57,329 nt of DNA. Origin: Phoronis australis. Taxonomy: Eukaryota; Animalia; Phoronida. Below the pieces are notes generated by a model, which saw only the letters and a list, made by a program, of their open reading frames with translations, searched no databases and had not been told where the DNA came from. Location: assembly GCA_002633005.1 (NCBI GenBank), contig NMRA01000138.1, forward strand, positions 592,274-649,602, read 5' to 3'. Made by a program: the position numbers and the translations under genes. This document shows, piece after piece, positions 26,192-38,511 of this stretch (its first letter is position 1; each line of letters starts with the position of its first letter).

Positions 26192-27506
26192 TTCCTGCCA
26201 AAGTGTTGTTTAACACGCGTTGAATAACTAAATGGGTTATTTAACAGACGTGAGTGAAATGGCCATGTCAGGGTGATAATGTGGTGTAAAAACTTGTCTT
26301 AGATGAGAACAAGTTCATAACATGAGATGTACCCTGTGCCTGAGTAACAACTCGCTCCACAGAATGGTGTCCACTGACAATACTGTCACTACTTCCTACT
26401 CCTTCAATAGCGGTTGAAGTTCAACCAGTGGTGAGAGCTGTCACTGACTACCTGAATTATTTAATATATATCATCTCAGTAAAAACCAATTACCTTGTCC
26501 ATATAAGTTGAGCGCGGCTTATCAATAATTTATGGCTTTCTGATGCTGAGCGTGCAATATACCATGGATAATAATGTGGTTGTATCTTGCCTTGAAATTT
26601 TGCAATGAATCCTGAGGTCCCATTAGGCCTTACATTGAATCTTCCAAAGCAGCAACTATGAATGCTTCTTAGGGTTTGGGATTACAATAGGCATTTACAA
26701 CAGTACCTAGACTTTTATTATAGACTTCTTTTGTTTTGGGAGTTTGTTAGAGATGTGTGTCAGTGATAACCGCTGCCTGTTTGGGACAACATTCTTTTCC
26801 ACACATTTTAAATCCTTCGGACTATAAAAACTAAATTTGTCATTGAAAATGGAATTTTTTCATTGCATGAACATCAAACGTCAGTAAACTACAACATTAA
26901 GTGAATATAATGTAAATTTGAATACCCACCCAGTGCGCATAGCCTCCCTGGTTTCTTTAATCTCACGCTTATCTCAACTCTGCACATTTTTCTTTCGAGC
27001 GTGGATTTCCTCTCTGGGTTTGATTGGGTCTTGTTACAAATCAACCTTGTCTGACTTTACTTAAACGTTGTCTCTGTCAATTTTTTGTGTTACCAATGGA
27101 TGAATTTGTCTTTATTGTAAACAACTGGTGCGACTTGATTTCTATGTACATCGCCACTTATCAAAGTGATCTTAATTTATACCTCCAAAGATTGCTGTGA
27201 AACTTGAATGGGCAAGCATCTTATCCGTGACTTATCCTTGCACTCAATGAGTGTGTAATGGAAATTGAGGTAACTGATGGAAGATATAGGCTGATGGTCA
27301 AGAAATGGTGGTTGTTATTTCTTTAATTCATTACAGCAACTCATCAAAAGTGAGCTCTAGGTGATGCACTGATATACGTCGTCGTTAGCTTCATTGTGCA
27401 AGTGGCACAAAAGCGCAGCCACAGACAAACACTGATAACTTGCTGGCAATCTTTCCTTTTGCAATAAATATATTATAGAGTACATGTCAAATTTTATTGC
27501 AGAATT

Positions 27507-27646
27507 ATGCCGATCACCAGATACCCAGTTGTGCACAAGTTTGGGATCATCTCCCACTCTCAGAGAATTGAGCTCCAAGAGAGACTTCTAAAGCAAACTT
27601 ACCTTAAGAGTTTGGAGACCAAATCTCCTCATTCTCAACCAAAACG
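27507..27646 (+). CDS. TMEM232: TMEM232 first coding exon
   Basis: Acceptor tgcAG at 27501-27502, ATG at 27507; MPITRYPVVHKFGIISHSQRIELQERLLKQ...; donor GTAAGT, phase 2. Confidence 0.82.
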
Positions 27647-28152
27647 GTAAGTCAAACTTGTACCATATCAGTGTGCATGCATTATGCAACACTTGTATGT
27701 GAACCAGCAACTAGCATAGTATTACGAGTGAAGGTTGAATTATCCTTTACACTGGATCACTGTAACTTCTGTAATCATTGCCTTACAATACATTTTAAGA
27801 TATCCACTGCTAGGTTGTGAGCATTTCTTGTTCTTATCAAGCAGAAAGAAATTACTAGCTATTCCGACTACAATTATTGGCTATTGAAACTTTCATGCAC
27901 CATGGTTAGGTTTATGACACTGAGAGTTTTCTTTTGAAAACTATTTTTGTCCCCCCCAATGACATAAATCCGCCGCTGAAATAGGACACTTTTTGTGTCA
28001 GGTATTTAAATAGGTCAAATTATCAGTCAGGTATTGAAATGAGTTTATTTTTCTAGAGCTATGGTATTGATATGGGTGGGTATTTTCTTTATTGGTAGAT
28101 ATTGATCTCGTGGACTCACATGCACCTAATGCAGTTTCAGCTGCAACATTAG

Positions 28153-28367
28153 TGCAGCGGTTGGGTAGCTGTGCTAGCCTTACAAAGGGGCAATGCAGCG
28201 GTTGGGTAACTGTGCTAGCCTTACAAAGTGGCAATGCAGCAGTGGGGTAACTGTGCTAGCCTTACAATGTGACAATGCAGCGGTTGGGTAACTGTGCTAG
28301 CCTTACAATGTGACAGTGCAGCGGTTGGGTAACTGTGCTAGCCTTAGGCTACAAAGTGGCAATGCAA
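28153..28367. repeat. minisatellite, 41-bp unit, ~5 copies
   Basis: TGCAGCGGTTGGGTAACTGTGCTAGCCTTACAAAGTGGCAA starting at 28153, 28194, 28235, 28276, 28317. Confidence 0.93.
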
Positions 28368-28400
28368 TGATACTGTTTAATGTGGCTTTCTCTATTTTAG

Positions 28401-28512
28401 GAATCCTCTAGAGATCACGGAGAGTTTCCCAAATGTGTTCAACAGCTCCAAAACACCAGAAGACACTGCAAAGTTGGAAGAGCAGGCTTTCAAAATGTTA
28501 GAACGAATCAAG
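28401..28512 (+). CDS. TMEM232: TMEM232 coding exon 2
   Basis: NPLEITESFPNVFNSSKTPEDTAKLEEQAFKMLERIK; AG/GT flanks; phases 2 to 0. Confidence 0.88.
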
Positions 28513-29106
28513 GTGAACCTTGAACATTTTGTTTCAAAGACACACAGATTTTAGCTATAACACGTCCATTTGTAATGTAATTGATAGCACTACATGTGAT
28601 GGGTAATAATTTGCAACCCTCAGGGGTTCTAATAGGAAAAGATATTCGGGAAGTACTGACCAGTTTCCTCGTGAAAGGTGGACAAGCCTGTTGACATGCT
28701 CATAAGTAGTTTAGTGCACCCCAAGGACAAACTTCAGCTTTTTGTGCGACAATGACAAATGCGAAGATTGATGTCGTACCTTGGTGAGATAGAACAACTG
28801 CTCAGAAAGTGCATGCCACACCACTGCAGGGGTAATGCTAAAATTTAAACTCCATGGTATTCTATCACCTTGGTCACATGGGACAGAAGAAGTTTTGGTT
28901 TGAGCGAGTGTCAGAGAGGTTGTTTAGGTAAAAACAAAAACTCGTCTTTGAATAATTCAGGACATTGCAGTTGTTGTCCTTGAGGGCGATGAAAGTTTTT
29001 GGTTGAACCAGTCAGTCATGAATCTCCAGGAGAAGGAGCCAGAAGGAGCCAGCATTTCTGCAATGTGGGATTTACCTTTTTTCACATTGTTACCATTGTC
29101 TTACAG

Positions 29107-29212
29107 AGAAGGGCTGGCTTAAAAGAAGGTGGAAATGCAGACTATGTTGATCTACCTGTTGCCTGGACGGAGGTGGCACAGCTGAGTCAATGTAGGGGCA
29201 AAGTTCAAGAAG
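29107..29212 (+). CDS. TMEM232: TMEM232 coding exon 3
   Basis: RRAGLKEGGNADYVDLPVAWTEVAQLSQCRGKVQE resembles recalled human [35 protein letters not shown]. Confidence 0.93.
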
Positions 29213-29299
29213 GTCAGTGGTCGCCTCTTCTCTATCTCCATCCGTTCATCTTTCCCTTTCACTTCACCATCCACCGGTCTTCTTTTTTCTCTCTCTCGC

Positions 29300-29450
29300 T
29301 CTCTCCCCCCCTTCCTGTCACGCTGGCTCCCATTCTCTTCCTCCTAGCTGTCTCCCTCCCCTCCTGTCATGCTGGCTCGCACCCTCTTCCTCCCAGCTCT
29401 CTGGCCCCCCTCCTGTCTTGCTGGCTCGCACCCTCTTCCTGCCAACTCTC
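29300..29450. repeat. pyrimidine-rich tandem repeat, ~50 bp x3
   Basis: CCTCCTGTCATGCTGGCTCGCACCCTCTTCCT... repeated three times. Confidence 0.8.
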
Positions 29451-29900
29451 TTCAGTGTTCTCAAGGTTATTTCATGGTATAAGATTCATGCATTTTGAGA
29501 AGTCTTTATCTCAACTTGTCACGGAAGTGCACCAACTACATCCATGAATAATTTATTGCTAATAATTTGAAATTCATCATAAGTGTTGTACAATACATGC
29601 CGTAAGTACTCTTAAAGAATTCTGTTTCCCTATCATGACAAAAAATGTCCGTCACTCTAATTACTGAGACCATGATGTCTCCTTACACTCAACCATCATG
29701 ACATAAAATTTACTACTTGCTGAGGAATCCAGGATCTTTTTTAATTACTTTGGTGTGTACTGTGTTTATTTTTCAACAGCATTTAATCTCAAGTACAGAA
29801 TGATTCGGTTGTCGTGTCTCATGTTTTGACGTAAATTTCCAATTTACAGTTGTGTATTTTAAGGGCCAGAATTGATGACAGGAATGTTGTTTTCTTTCAG

Positions 29901-30058
29901 AATGCTTCAATGTGTTAATATCATCATTGGAACAAGCACCTTTGAAAGTGGACAACATCATTGCTCTGTTTTTCCTTGCTGAGACATCACTGTACTGGCT
30001 AAGAACTGACATGATGGGTCAGCCATATCTTAGAACGACTGAGATTAAACTGCTAAAG
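29901..30058 (+). CDS. TMEM232: TMEM232 coding exon 4
   Basis: CFNVLISSLEQAPLKVDNIIALFFLAETSLYWLRTDMMGQPYLRTTEIKLLK; ALFFxAE and EIKLxK conserved. Confidence 0.93.
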
Positions 30059-30388
30059 GTATGACTCGTATGGCTTTGCAGGAGTTGTTGGACAGGTGCA
30101 TGTATCTTATCATGCAGGAAAATTTATCTTATTGATTGTTTAAGTAAAACGTACATGCAATTTCTTTATTAACTCTGTTTTTAGGGAAAATGGCAAACAA
30201 ATGACTCATCATTGTTGAAAAGTCTTGATTATACATAGCATAACTTTGACACATGGCTGCCATAATTATGATGAATACCACTTGCGCACAGGCAGAGGGA
30301 CTGGATTGCTGGTCATTTGTCTGATTGGTTTTAGTGTGTTTAAATGTAAAAGTATAAAGTTACTTCACATGTGTTTTATTCCCTACAG

Positions 30389-30488
30389 GTGTCATTCCTG
30401 GTCTTCATGCGCTTGTTCTATCATCACATGTCAGGTAACATGACTGGACATAACCACTTCAAGAACAGGCTATTTCAGTATTTAGATG
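30389..30488 (+). CDS. TMEM232: TMEM232 coding exon 5
   Basis: VSFLVFMRLFYHHMSGNMTGHNHFKNRLFQYLD; AG/GTAAGT flanks. Confidence 0.92.
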
Positions 30489-31024
30489 GTAAGTGCATTT
30501 TGAGGTCAGTTAAGGCACATGGTAACATAAATGGACATGCACTTCAAAAGCCGAACATTTCATTATTTAGATGGTGTAGTCAGTTAACGTACATGGTGAA
30601 AGGGAGACGAGGCAATGGTTTGTTTTCAAGTAAGACCAATAAATGTTGTTGCCTTTGTCCTCTAGCAAAAATCTTCATTCTCAGCTTGTTCAACACAGCC
30701 TCAAAGGGGCTTTTCATGAAGTCAACATACTTCTTAAACCACACACTGGGAAGTAAAATTAGAATCCTGAAATGCAGGTGGCAGCAGGAGTCATTGGTTC
30801 CATGTGACCATTTGTCATTGATTTGGAAAAGTCTTTCATTGTTTTTGATTTTGCTTATTGCAAACTAAGAACAATTGTATCAGTTTGGTTAACCCACCTA
30901 TTTTCTTTTTTATGGTTGATGAAGTATGTAAAATGTATTGAACAGCTGTTAGGAACACACTGTGTCCTCATTTAGCAAAAAATTACCAGAATGTCTTATT
31001 TTGAATTTCATATTTTTGAAACAG

Positions 31025-31188
31025 GACTGGCTGACTGCCAAGATGCTTACAACCCATATCCCAATGCGCTGTTGTATCTGAGGTTTGTCAATGAGGTAGG
31101 AAAGATCATTGTGGCTGATGCAACACTAGACACCAATGATGACTTGGGACTTGAGGAAGACTTTTATGATATCAAGCAGGCCAGAAAG
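31025..31188 (+). CDS. TMEM232: TMEM232 coding exon 6
   Basis: (G)LADCQDAYNPYPNALLYLRFVNEVGKIIVADATL...QARK; YPN motif; phases 1 to 0. Confidence 0.9.
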
Positions 31189-31686
31189 GTGAATATACTG
31201 TAGTGTGAACAAAAGGTGACCCGTAGATAGAATTAAAGGGGGTTACAAGTTATCCGGGTACAGGACTGAGTGGTGGGTACAATGGACTCACTTTTCCAGA
31301 GATTGAATACATTACAAGAGTGCAATTTGTAATAAAGTGGATCCCAGTTCATATCACAGCGGATAATAGAATGTCCCGGATATCATTACCCATGATTGAA
31401 CGCATGTAAAATAACTCGCATATTGTCATGATTTATTGTCATATTACAGGACATTAAAATTATCAATCATTCATTCCCACCCCATTATTATCATGAATTA
31501 TGTATCTTCGCATGACAGTACCACTAATATCATGTAACTATTCAACACATGTGTGGTTACTTGATACATGACAGTCGTCACCTACAGCAATTTTCTCCTA
31601 CAGGGCATGATCTTGATGTATATTACTTGGATACCAACTTTAAATTGCTTCACATGCACTTACTGCATTATCATCACTGTGAACTC

Positions 31687-34049
31687 CAGTGGCGGATCTA
31701 CGTTTTCAGCAAGGGGGGGTTTAGGATTCCCGCCAAGGTAGAATCCTAGACGCGTAGCGCCGAGCGGGGGGAGGTCGGGAGGGGTGTTTCCCCTCCCGTG
31801 TAAGAAATTTTTTTGTTTTTGTAGCCAAATAGTGAAATTTCCATGCATCCTGGTAAGTTTCTGTCACTTAACATGTCTCTGGAGTTTTTCTTAAGATAAT
31901 TAAAAACCGTTCTCGATTTCGTCACATGAACTTGGCACATAAGTTTCGTGAAACCATATTGTGCACATCTGGGTATGAGTCACGCCACCAGCAAAAAATT
32001 TTGTTGGAACATCTGCTTACACACACCTTTTTTAGCATACGAAAAGTCGTATACGAAAAAGTGTGGTGTGTATACAGGGGTTTAGACAATTTCCAAATAT
32101 TCAAGAGCATAATTAAGGAGCACCGACGGGGCGTAAAAACTTGAATATCAGATGATCGCGTAACAGCAGCCTCAAGTTAAGAACGAAGACCTGTTCTGTT
32201 AGTTCGGAAATAAACATGTGTTCTGTCTCGTTACGAGAAAAACTGGCGAACGATGGTGCTCTCAACTCATAGTCTATTATTAAAAGCGACAATAAATAAT
32301 TAGGTATCACTTTATTAAGTTGAATCACGTTGACAACAATTGAAAAACGTCAAATCTATCTGGAAACAAATCATCTGAAAACAGTTTCACGAAACCAAAA
32401 CATCCTGTGCACAGTGGTGAAGTGATACTCTGGACTAGTTTGCAGAGGGACCAGATGTACACTGAGAGTACACAAAAAGCTGACCTGGTCCGTCAGGAGA
32501 CCAACAGTACACCTGTGTTTATTATCCCTATAAAAATAGTCGATCTGTCGCTGGACCAAACAGTACTGGCTGAGATAAGTAGTTTTACAAAGAACACTTT
32601 GGTAAAAAAAATCACAAGACTAGTTCGCCGAGGGACCAGAAGTACACTGAAACTCAACATTTACACAAATCAAGCTGGCCTGGTCCGTCGCGAGATCTAA
32701 AGTGTACTATGCAAAAAATTTTGAATTGAAAACTTCTCTCTAAAATTTTAATCCCCAGTGGTTACTCATACGTTAGTCCTATCCTTCTGTTGTCTAGACT
32801 GCCGAGGAATTTGTATATCGGATCCAATGATTTGCTCGTCTTGGAATCATTCTACCCAGATATCTTCGATGTTTGTTCCCAACGCTTGCACTTCGTCAAC
32901 TGCTGTGTCAATGAGCTTGTTAGCCTTTACAATGTCAGCATCTCGTTTCGCAGCTCAGTTGACACTAAGAGTTACATGCGCAACTAAATTTGATCCGTTC
33001 ATCATGGACTACTTCAAACCTTGACGAAGCATCCCAGGACCTATTTGAAACTCTTGCAATTTTCGAAATAAACGTCCCAATGTCTGAACGCTTGAAACCC
33101 GAAGTACTAATATCAAATAAATGCCCATGGGCATGAGCGTTTCATTGGTTGAGCCTTTCTGCGGAAATTCCCAGTATAGAAGACGGCAGTGTGCTTATTG
33201 CAGGTAGACAGACGGTAGGTGTTGAGGTCGGAACTAGGGCTCCTTAGGAGGCCTATTGAACATCGCACGAGTCCCGCAAGACTTTGTTGTGAAAGAACAG
33301 CCTCCCCGCAATTTCTGGTACTGTACACTTTTCGCGAATGCGCCGGGTCACTTTTTCAATGTGAGTGCCCCCTTGGTCATTCCTTGTATAGACATAACTT
33401 GTTATAGAGTGTGTCTTCAAACGGACTCGCGACCAGACCACGGCGCCCGCCACAATAGCAATTCTTCGGAAAAAGAAATTTTTTCAAAAATATTATATGT
33501 ACATGTACACAATATTACATGTACATGTACACTGTATGATATTGCGCAAGACAACTTTACTATACACCAGTTACAAATGTGTTGAGTGTAATAGAATGAC
33601 ACGGCATGACAGATGAGGTAAAAACGTTGCACGTCAATTCGCCTGAATATCAGGGTTGCGGCACCGCAGTATTTCCCCTAATCAAATCAAAATATATCTT
33701 AGAGTAAAGAAGCTAGTTACCTAAAGAAATCAACTATTTCAGCGGTGAATCCATATAAAATGCTTGGCTACTTCAGAAGTGTCGACGGAAGCGCGCGCAC
33801 AATAAATCCCCGCGCGTTTTGCTGATGAGCCACAAAGACTCAGCAATTCACAATGCAAAAAACTATATTTTCTGAGTGAACCCCCCCTCAATTTTTTCCA
33901 AGTTGGTTTACTTGGGGTTTACACACGCTGGCAGTGCCGTTTTTGTTTTGCTGGAGACGCTTTTGTTTTTTTTTGTTTTTTTTTTAATTTTTGGGTCCTG
34001 GCCCGAGGGGGGGTTTAAACCCCTGAACCCCCCCGTAGATCCGCCACTG
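31687..34049 (-). mobile_element. hAT-family DNA transposon with decayed transposase
   Basis: Perfect 16-bp TIRs CAGTGGCGGATCTACG...CGTAGATCCGCCACTG; flanking duplication AACTC; minus-strand transposase relic at ~32715-33100. Confidence 0.88.
32715..33000 (-). pseudogene. hAT transposase fragment (PRKRIR/ZMYM1-like class)
   Basis: LSVN*AAKRDADIVKANKLIDTAVDEVQALGTNIEDIWVE*FQDEQIIGSDIQIPRQSRQQKDRTNV*...FREKFSI; recognisable pattern with in-frame stops. Confidence 0.7.
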
Positions 34050-34580
34050 AACTCCCAATTCTTTCATATTATTCTCAAGACTATGATGCAAGGGGAGTAT
34101 ACTGTGACGTTGTTCATTTGCAGGATATTTGCAACTAGAAATCTTGCTTAAGAAACAGAATATTCTGATATAATGTGTTATATATCCCATGATTGAAAAT
34201 CATGAACTCTCCCCTCAATCACTTTAATGGTCATCGTTTTGTTGGACGAGGTCTAATGTCAGTTGGATCAGAAGTTTTCTTGCGCACCTTTCCCTAGCGT
34301 GATCTTGTGTAAGTGTGCCAATCTCGCACAAGTTAGTAGCTATTTCAGGAAAATCTGTTGTGTTTTTGCAGTCACTGATTCCTGACATTGGCTTCCATCA
34401 TTCAGTAGAATTAACTGAATTCGATGCTTGTTACCTTTATCAATTAGAATACTCAGCTGCTTGCCATATTGTCTGTTAACTCTGCTAGCAAAGCATTGGG
34501 CTACAACCGAAGCTGTCTTGGGACTGACCTCAAATACACAACAATGTTATCAATAGTGTTACTTCAGGTACTTGTTTCAG

Positions 34581-34762
34581 AAGTCAGCTCGTAGGACCCC
34601 TGTGGCTGCCTCAGCAGCAGTCAGTACCAGTGTGCATGATTTAAGTCCCACTCTGTGGCATGCTCTTGATGTATGGAGGTGTACTAATGGTTTAGGAGGG
34701 GGCATTGAAGAGGCGCTCAAGGGACTGGCCCATTGTGCTGTAGGACTGGCCTCTGAGAATTG
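34581..34762 (+). CDS. TMEM232: TMEM232 coding exon 7
   Basis: KSARRTPVAASAAVSTSVHDLSPTLWHALDVWRCTNGLGGGIEEALKGLAHCAVGLASEN(W); donor GTGAGT. Confidence 0.88.
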
Positions 34763-35110
34763 GTGAGTTGTTTGCTGACACGCATACTGCTTATAAGTTT
34801 GTCTTATCAAAAAGTGTTAGTCTATGGCCAAAAATAGTAAAATCCTGCCACAAGGGAATGTGCTTTTACATTCTGCACAGTAGCAAAGTTTCATCGTTAG
34901 CTGTTGGGTGACAGTTCATATGAGGATTAAAGGGGTTCGAAGAAAAAAAAACAACAGTGCCAACATGGCGTTTTGAGGGATACTCCTTACATTTGCCCTT
35001 TGGAATTTGGGTCCATTGCCATAACCTTGATCCGTCAGCAACATTTGACCAATTGGCATTGTGATGTGATTTCTGCCAATATGTACCTTGACATAATTAT
35101 GTTGTTTCAG

Positions 35111-35702
35111 GATTGATGCCTGTACTGCCATGGTTGTGCTTACGGAAGCAGCCAAATCCAACTTGGCTGCACTGAGAGTGATGCAGAACTTGGCTAGGGG
35201 ACTGGTGCCTCAAGAGACATCCCTTATCACCACTCCCAACATTGGTCCTCCTCTACTCACCATGGATGCCATCTCGACGGGGAATTCACTATCTGAACCA
35301 GTGGTAGATGGAAAACTATCTCTGAGTGACATTGCTGAGAAAAATGAGGACGAGGCTGGCAGCAGTGGGAAGGCAGTGATGTATGATAAAAACCTTTCCA
35401 GAGCTCAGGAGGATTTGTCAGCGATACAAATAAGTAGTGAGGACAACATTGATGAGGCAGAGAAGGAAGACGAATTGAAAAGGGATGTTGATAGAGCTGA
35501 TTCTCCTGAGGGTGAGCAACCGATTCCTTCCCCAAGGAGAAGTCGAAGTAAGCCTGATTCCAGACGGAAGGTGACGCGAGAGTCTCAGAGAAGTAAACTG
35601 AGTTCTGAGATGGAAACAGTCAACACGGGATGGAGAGTTGATGGTGACGATACACGTGGCCTCACTTCACAGGCTAGCATCATGACATACGGAAATGAGC
35701 CG
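35111..35702 (+). CDS. TMEM232: TMEM232 coding exon 8 (long, includes low-complexity insert)
   Basis: (W)IDACTAMVVLTEAAKSNLAALRVMQNL... resembles recalled human [22 protein letters not shown]; donor CCG|GTAAGG. Confidence 0.9.
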
Positions 35703-36056
35703 GTAAGGGCTGTTAGTGCTGTATCTTTGTTTGTTTCAATTTCACAATATATCACGCACTTGGACACTAGCCAATCCTTTGAACGTTATCAACATACTCT
35801 GAATCTATTGGCACTGATATTCACCGACTCAATTACTTCACATGATCAGTTGTGTGTCTTAAATTTACTGGATCAACTCCTAACTGGGATGTCAGGCATT
35901 TCTTTGTTTTACACCAAATATCTGAATGTACTGACATCAAATTACGACACTCTTCGCTGCATCAGTTTTGAGTGTCGTAGTTCTGGTTTAATTGCATTGA
36001 CATAGTTATCAGTGAAATTCCAAATTTTTAGCTTTGTTTTTGTTTTAATTTTGCAG

Positions 36057-36294
36057 TCTTCTGAGTGTAAAGGTTTGAACAGCTGGAGATGGGAAGTGGC
36101 TTTCTTCTACGTGGAGGCGCTTACAGAAATCTGCTTGAAGGGCAGCACATCTGTTATTCAAAAAATAGCTTTGGTTGGCAAGAACAAGAGTACCGACATG
36201 TTGTACAAACATGCTCCTGGAAGGACCTCTGTTGAAAGTGCTGGACTACTTGACCTTGTCTATTTCCATGCTTCAAAAGAGAAAGATGACGGAG
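36057..36294 (+). CDS. TMEM232: TMEM232 coding exon 9
   Basis: SSECKGLNSWRWEVAFFYVEALTEICLKGSTSVIQKIALVG...GLLDLVYF...; phases 0 to 1. Confidence 0.9.
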
Positions 36295-37249
36295 GTAGAG
36301 TGACTCAGCAGTCATAGTTGTTATAACGCTTTGGCTTAGAGTTATTTCACAACGAATTGGCAACATTCTTTTAAATTTTCTGTTTGATTTTAAATTTGTC
36401 AATTATCATATGATATGCATCTTTCTCTTAGCAGGCCACCAACTTTTTCTGTGCTAAATTTCTTTAATGTTGATTTTGTTTTCAGCATAATTTTGGTCAA
36501 TTACAGATCTGTAACTTTGCTGTTTAAGCTTACTGGTATATGTTGATGGTTTGTTTTTATGTTTTGGAGCATAGCATATTAACTGCATTTTACTTCTTGT
36601 TGCATGAACTCATTTTCATGAAGTCCTTCTAGATATCTCAAATTTGCTCTGTTCCACAAAACTGAGCTAACTTCATCTGCTCGTAATTCAGAAACAAAAA
36701 GTTCACGTAATTTAGATGCAGTAAGTCTTGTTTCCCTGATATTTGAGTGCTAGACCCAAATGAGGTAAAGTGAAAGTCCCTCACATAGCATGAATTCTTT
36801 TCACCTCATACCATGAGCGAACCAAAATGCAGAACCAGTGGTCACATTGGGCAAATTATTTTAATGACCTGGTAACACAATGAGCAATTATAATTGTCAT
36901 GAATTATAAGTTGTTTTCTGTCTCTCTGCTGTTGAGTGTTTTTCAAGCGGACGATTTCAGTCGTTCAACGTTAAGTATTGCGCTTCACGGTTAAACATTA
37001 TTTAGTTTAGGACACAATATGACGGACAAGAAGAATTTTTTCTTGCTGAATTTCTTAGCAAAGAATAACTTTTAAGTAAAGATTGGTCTGTCAGCCATGT
37101 TTTGTTTGGTGTAGCTATCACCAAACAGCACTTAATGAGGAATTTTTGAGCATCAATTGGCACTAATTGCATTCTGAATCCTAATTGAAAAAAAAAGCTT
37201 TACTCCAGTATCTCTTGCATACATCATTCTGGTAAAAAGGTCCGACATG

Positions 37250-37692
37250 TTGTAATGCAGACGTCAATGTGTCTGTTACATCTGTGTGTTGATCCAAAAC
37301 AGGTCCTATAAATGCAAATGTCAGTGTGTCTGTTACATCTGTGTGTTGATCTACCACAGGTCGTAATGCAGACGTCAATGTGTCTGTGACATCTGTATGT
37401 TGATCGACCACAGGTCCTAATGCTGACATCAGTGTGTCTGTTACATCTGTGTGTTGATCTACCATAGGTCCTAATGCTGACATCAGTGTTTCTGTTACAT
37501 CTGTGTGTTGATCTACCATAGGTCCTAATGCTGACATCAGTGTGTCTGTTACATCTGTGTGTTGATCTACCATAGGTCCTAATGCTGACATCAGTGTGTC
37601 TGTTACATCTGTGTGTTGATCTACCATAGGTCCTAATGCTGACATCAGTGTGTCTGTTACATCTGTGTGTTGATCTACCATAGGTCCTAATG
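37250..37692. repeat. 54-bp minisatellite x8 overlapping the exon 10 acceptor
   Basis: Unit GTCCTAATGCTGACATCAGTGTGTCTGTTACATCTGTGTGTTGATCTACCATAG. Confidence 0.95.
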
Positions 37693-37865
37693 ACTGGAGC
37701 TGGCGCATACGCTATGCTGCGATACACAATCTGGTCAAGATCTGTCAGTGTCTGTCTTCAGACAAGAACAGGGAAGGTCTCCGATCAGTAGCATGGAATA
37801 CTCTCTTAAAGGTGCACTCCACTGAAGCTGACTGCCGCGTCCTTGAAGGATTTAAAGTTGGCCAG
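37684..37865 (+). CDS. TMEM232: TMEM232 coding exon 10
   Basis: (G)PNDWSWRIRYAAIHNLVKICQCLSSDKNREGLRSVAWNTLLKVHSTEADCRVLEGFKVGQ; NLVKI and GLR..W conserved. Confidence 0.9.
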
Positions 37866-38293
37866 GTAAATCTGAATCATGATTATGTAATGATTTAGAG
37901 TTTGCTCCGAGGTAGAGGGTCATGTCTTAATTACTGCATGCTGGTGCATGATGCATTTCACCTAAAATGCCATACTCATTTCTGGTTGTTATGTACTATA
38001 TTTTATGAATTCTTGTAACATAACAACTGTGTAAGTCTTTCTTAATTCACAAATGACTGTTGCTCTGTCAACATTTTACCTATCACACTACACATTTTCT
38101 ATCAATTACAATTTTCTATTTATTGACAAATAAATGTGTTAATATTTTGGTGTTATAAAACACCAGGTGATTACAAAAGTCTGTCATCACAAAGCACACC
38201 AAGTCACAAGCCTCTCTCAGTGACGTAGTAGGATAACTACTAACATCTACTGTTAACAGAACATAACACTCTCAACATTGATCTCATTATTAG

Positions 38294-38511
38294 GTGGATG
38301 CCAGTATCCAAGAGATGATGTCTAAATACTGCTCTGTACCTCTTCCCATCACCTCCAGCTCCCTAGGAGCAAAGGTCGCCTCTGGCCTCGTCACCGCTTA
38401 CCTACCGCCACTGCCACCTGTTGTCACCAGCAGGAAGCCTTCGCCATCGCCAAGAGCCAAGATTTTAATTAACCACCCAGTCAACAAAAGCCCTCAAAGG
38501 ACTTCACTCAA
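38294..38511 (+). CDS. TMEM232: TMEM232 coding exon 11
   Basis: VDASIQEMMSKY...LGAKVASGLVTAYLPPLPP...RTSL(K); phases 0 to 2. Confidence 0.87.

Noticed and set aside
28999-29547. 182-aa single-exon ORF
   Set aside because: Only 29107-29212 is exonic; the rest is intron and pyrimidine-rich repeat.
37181-37727. Minus-strand repeat proteins of 175 and 167 aa
   Set aside because: They follow from a 54-bp unit that lacks stops in those frames; no independent sign of a gene.
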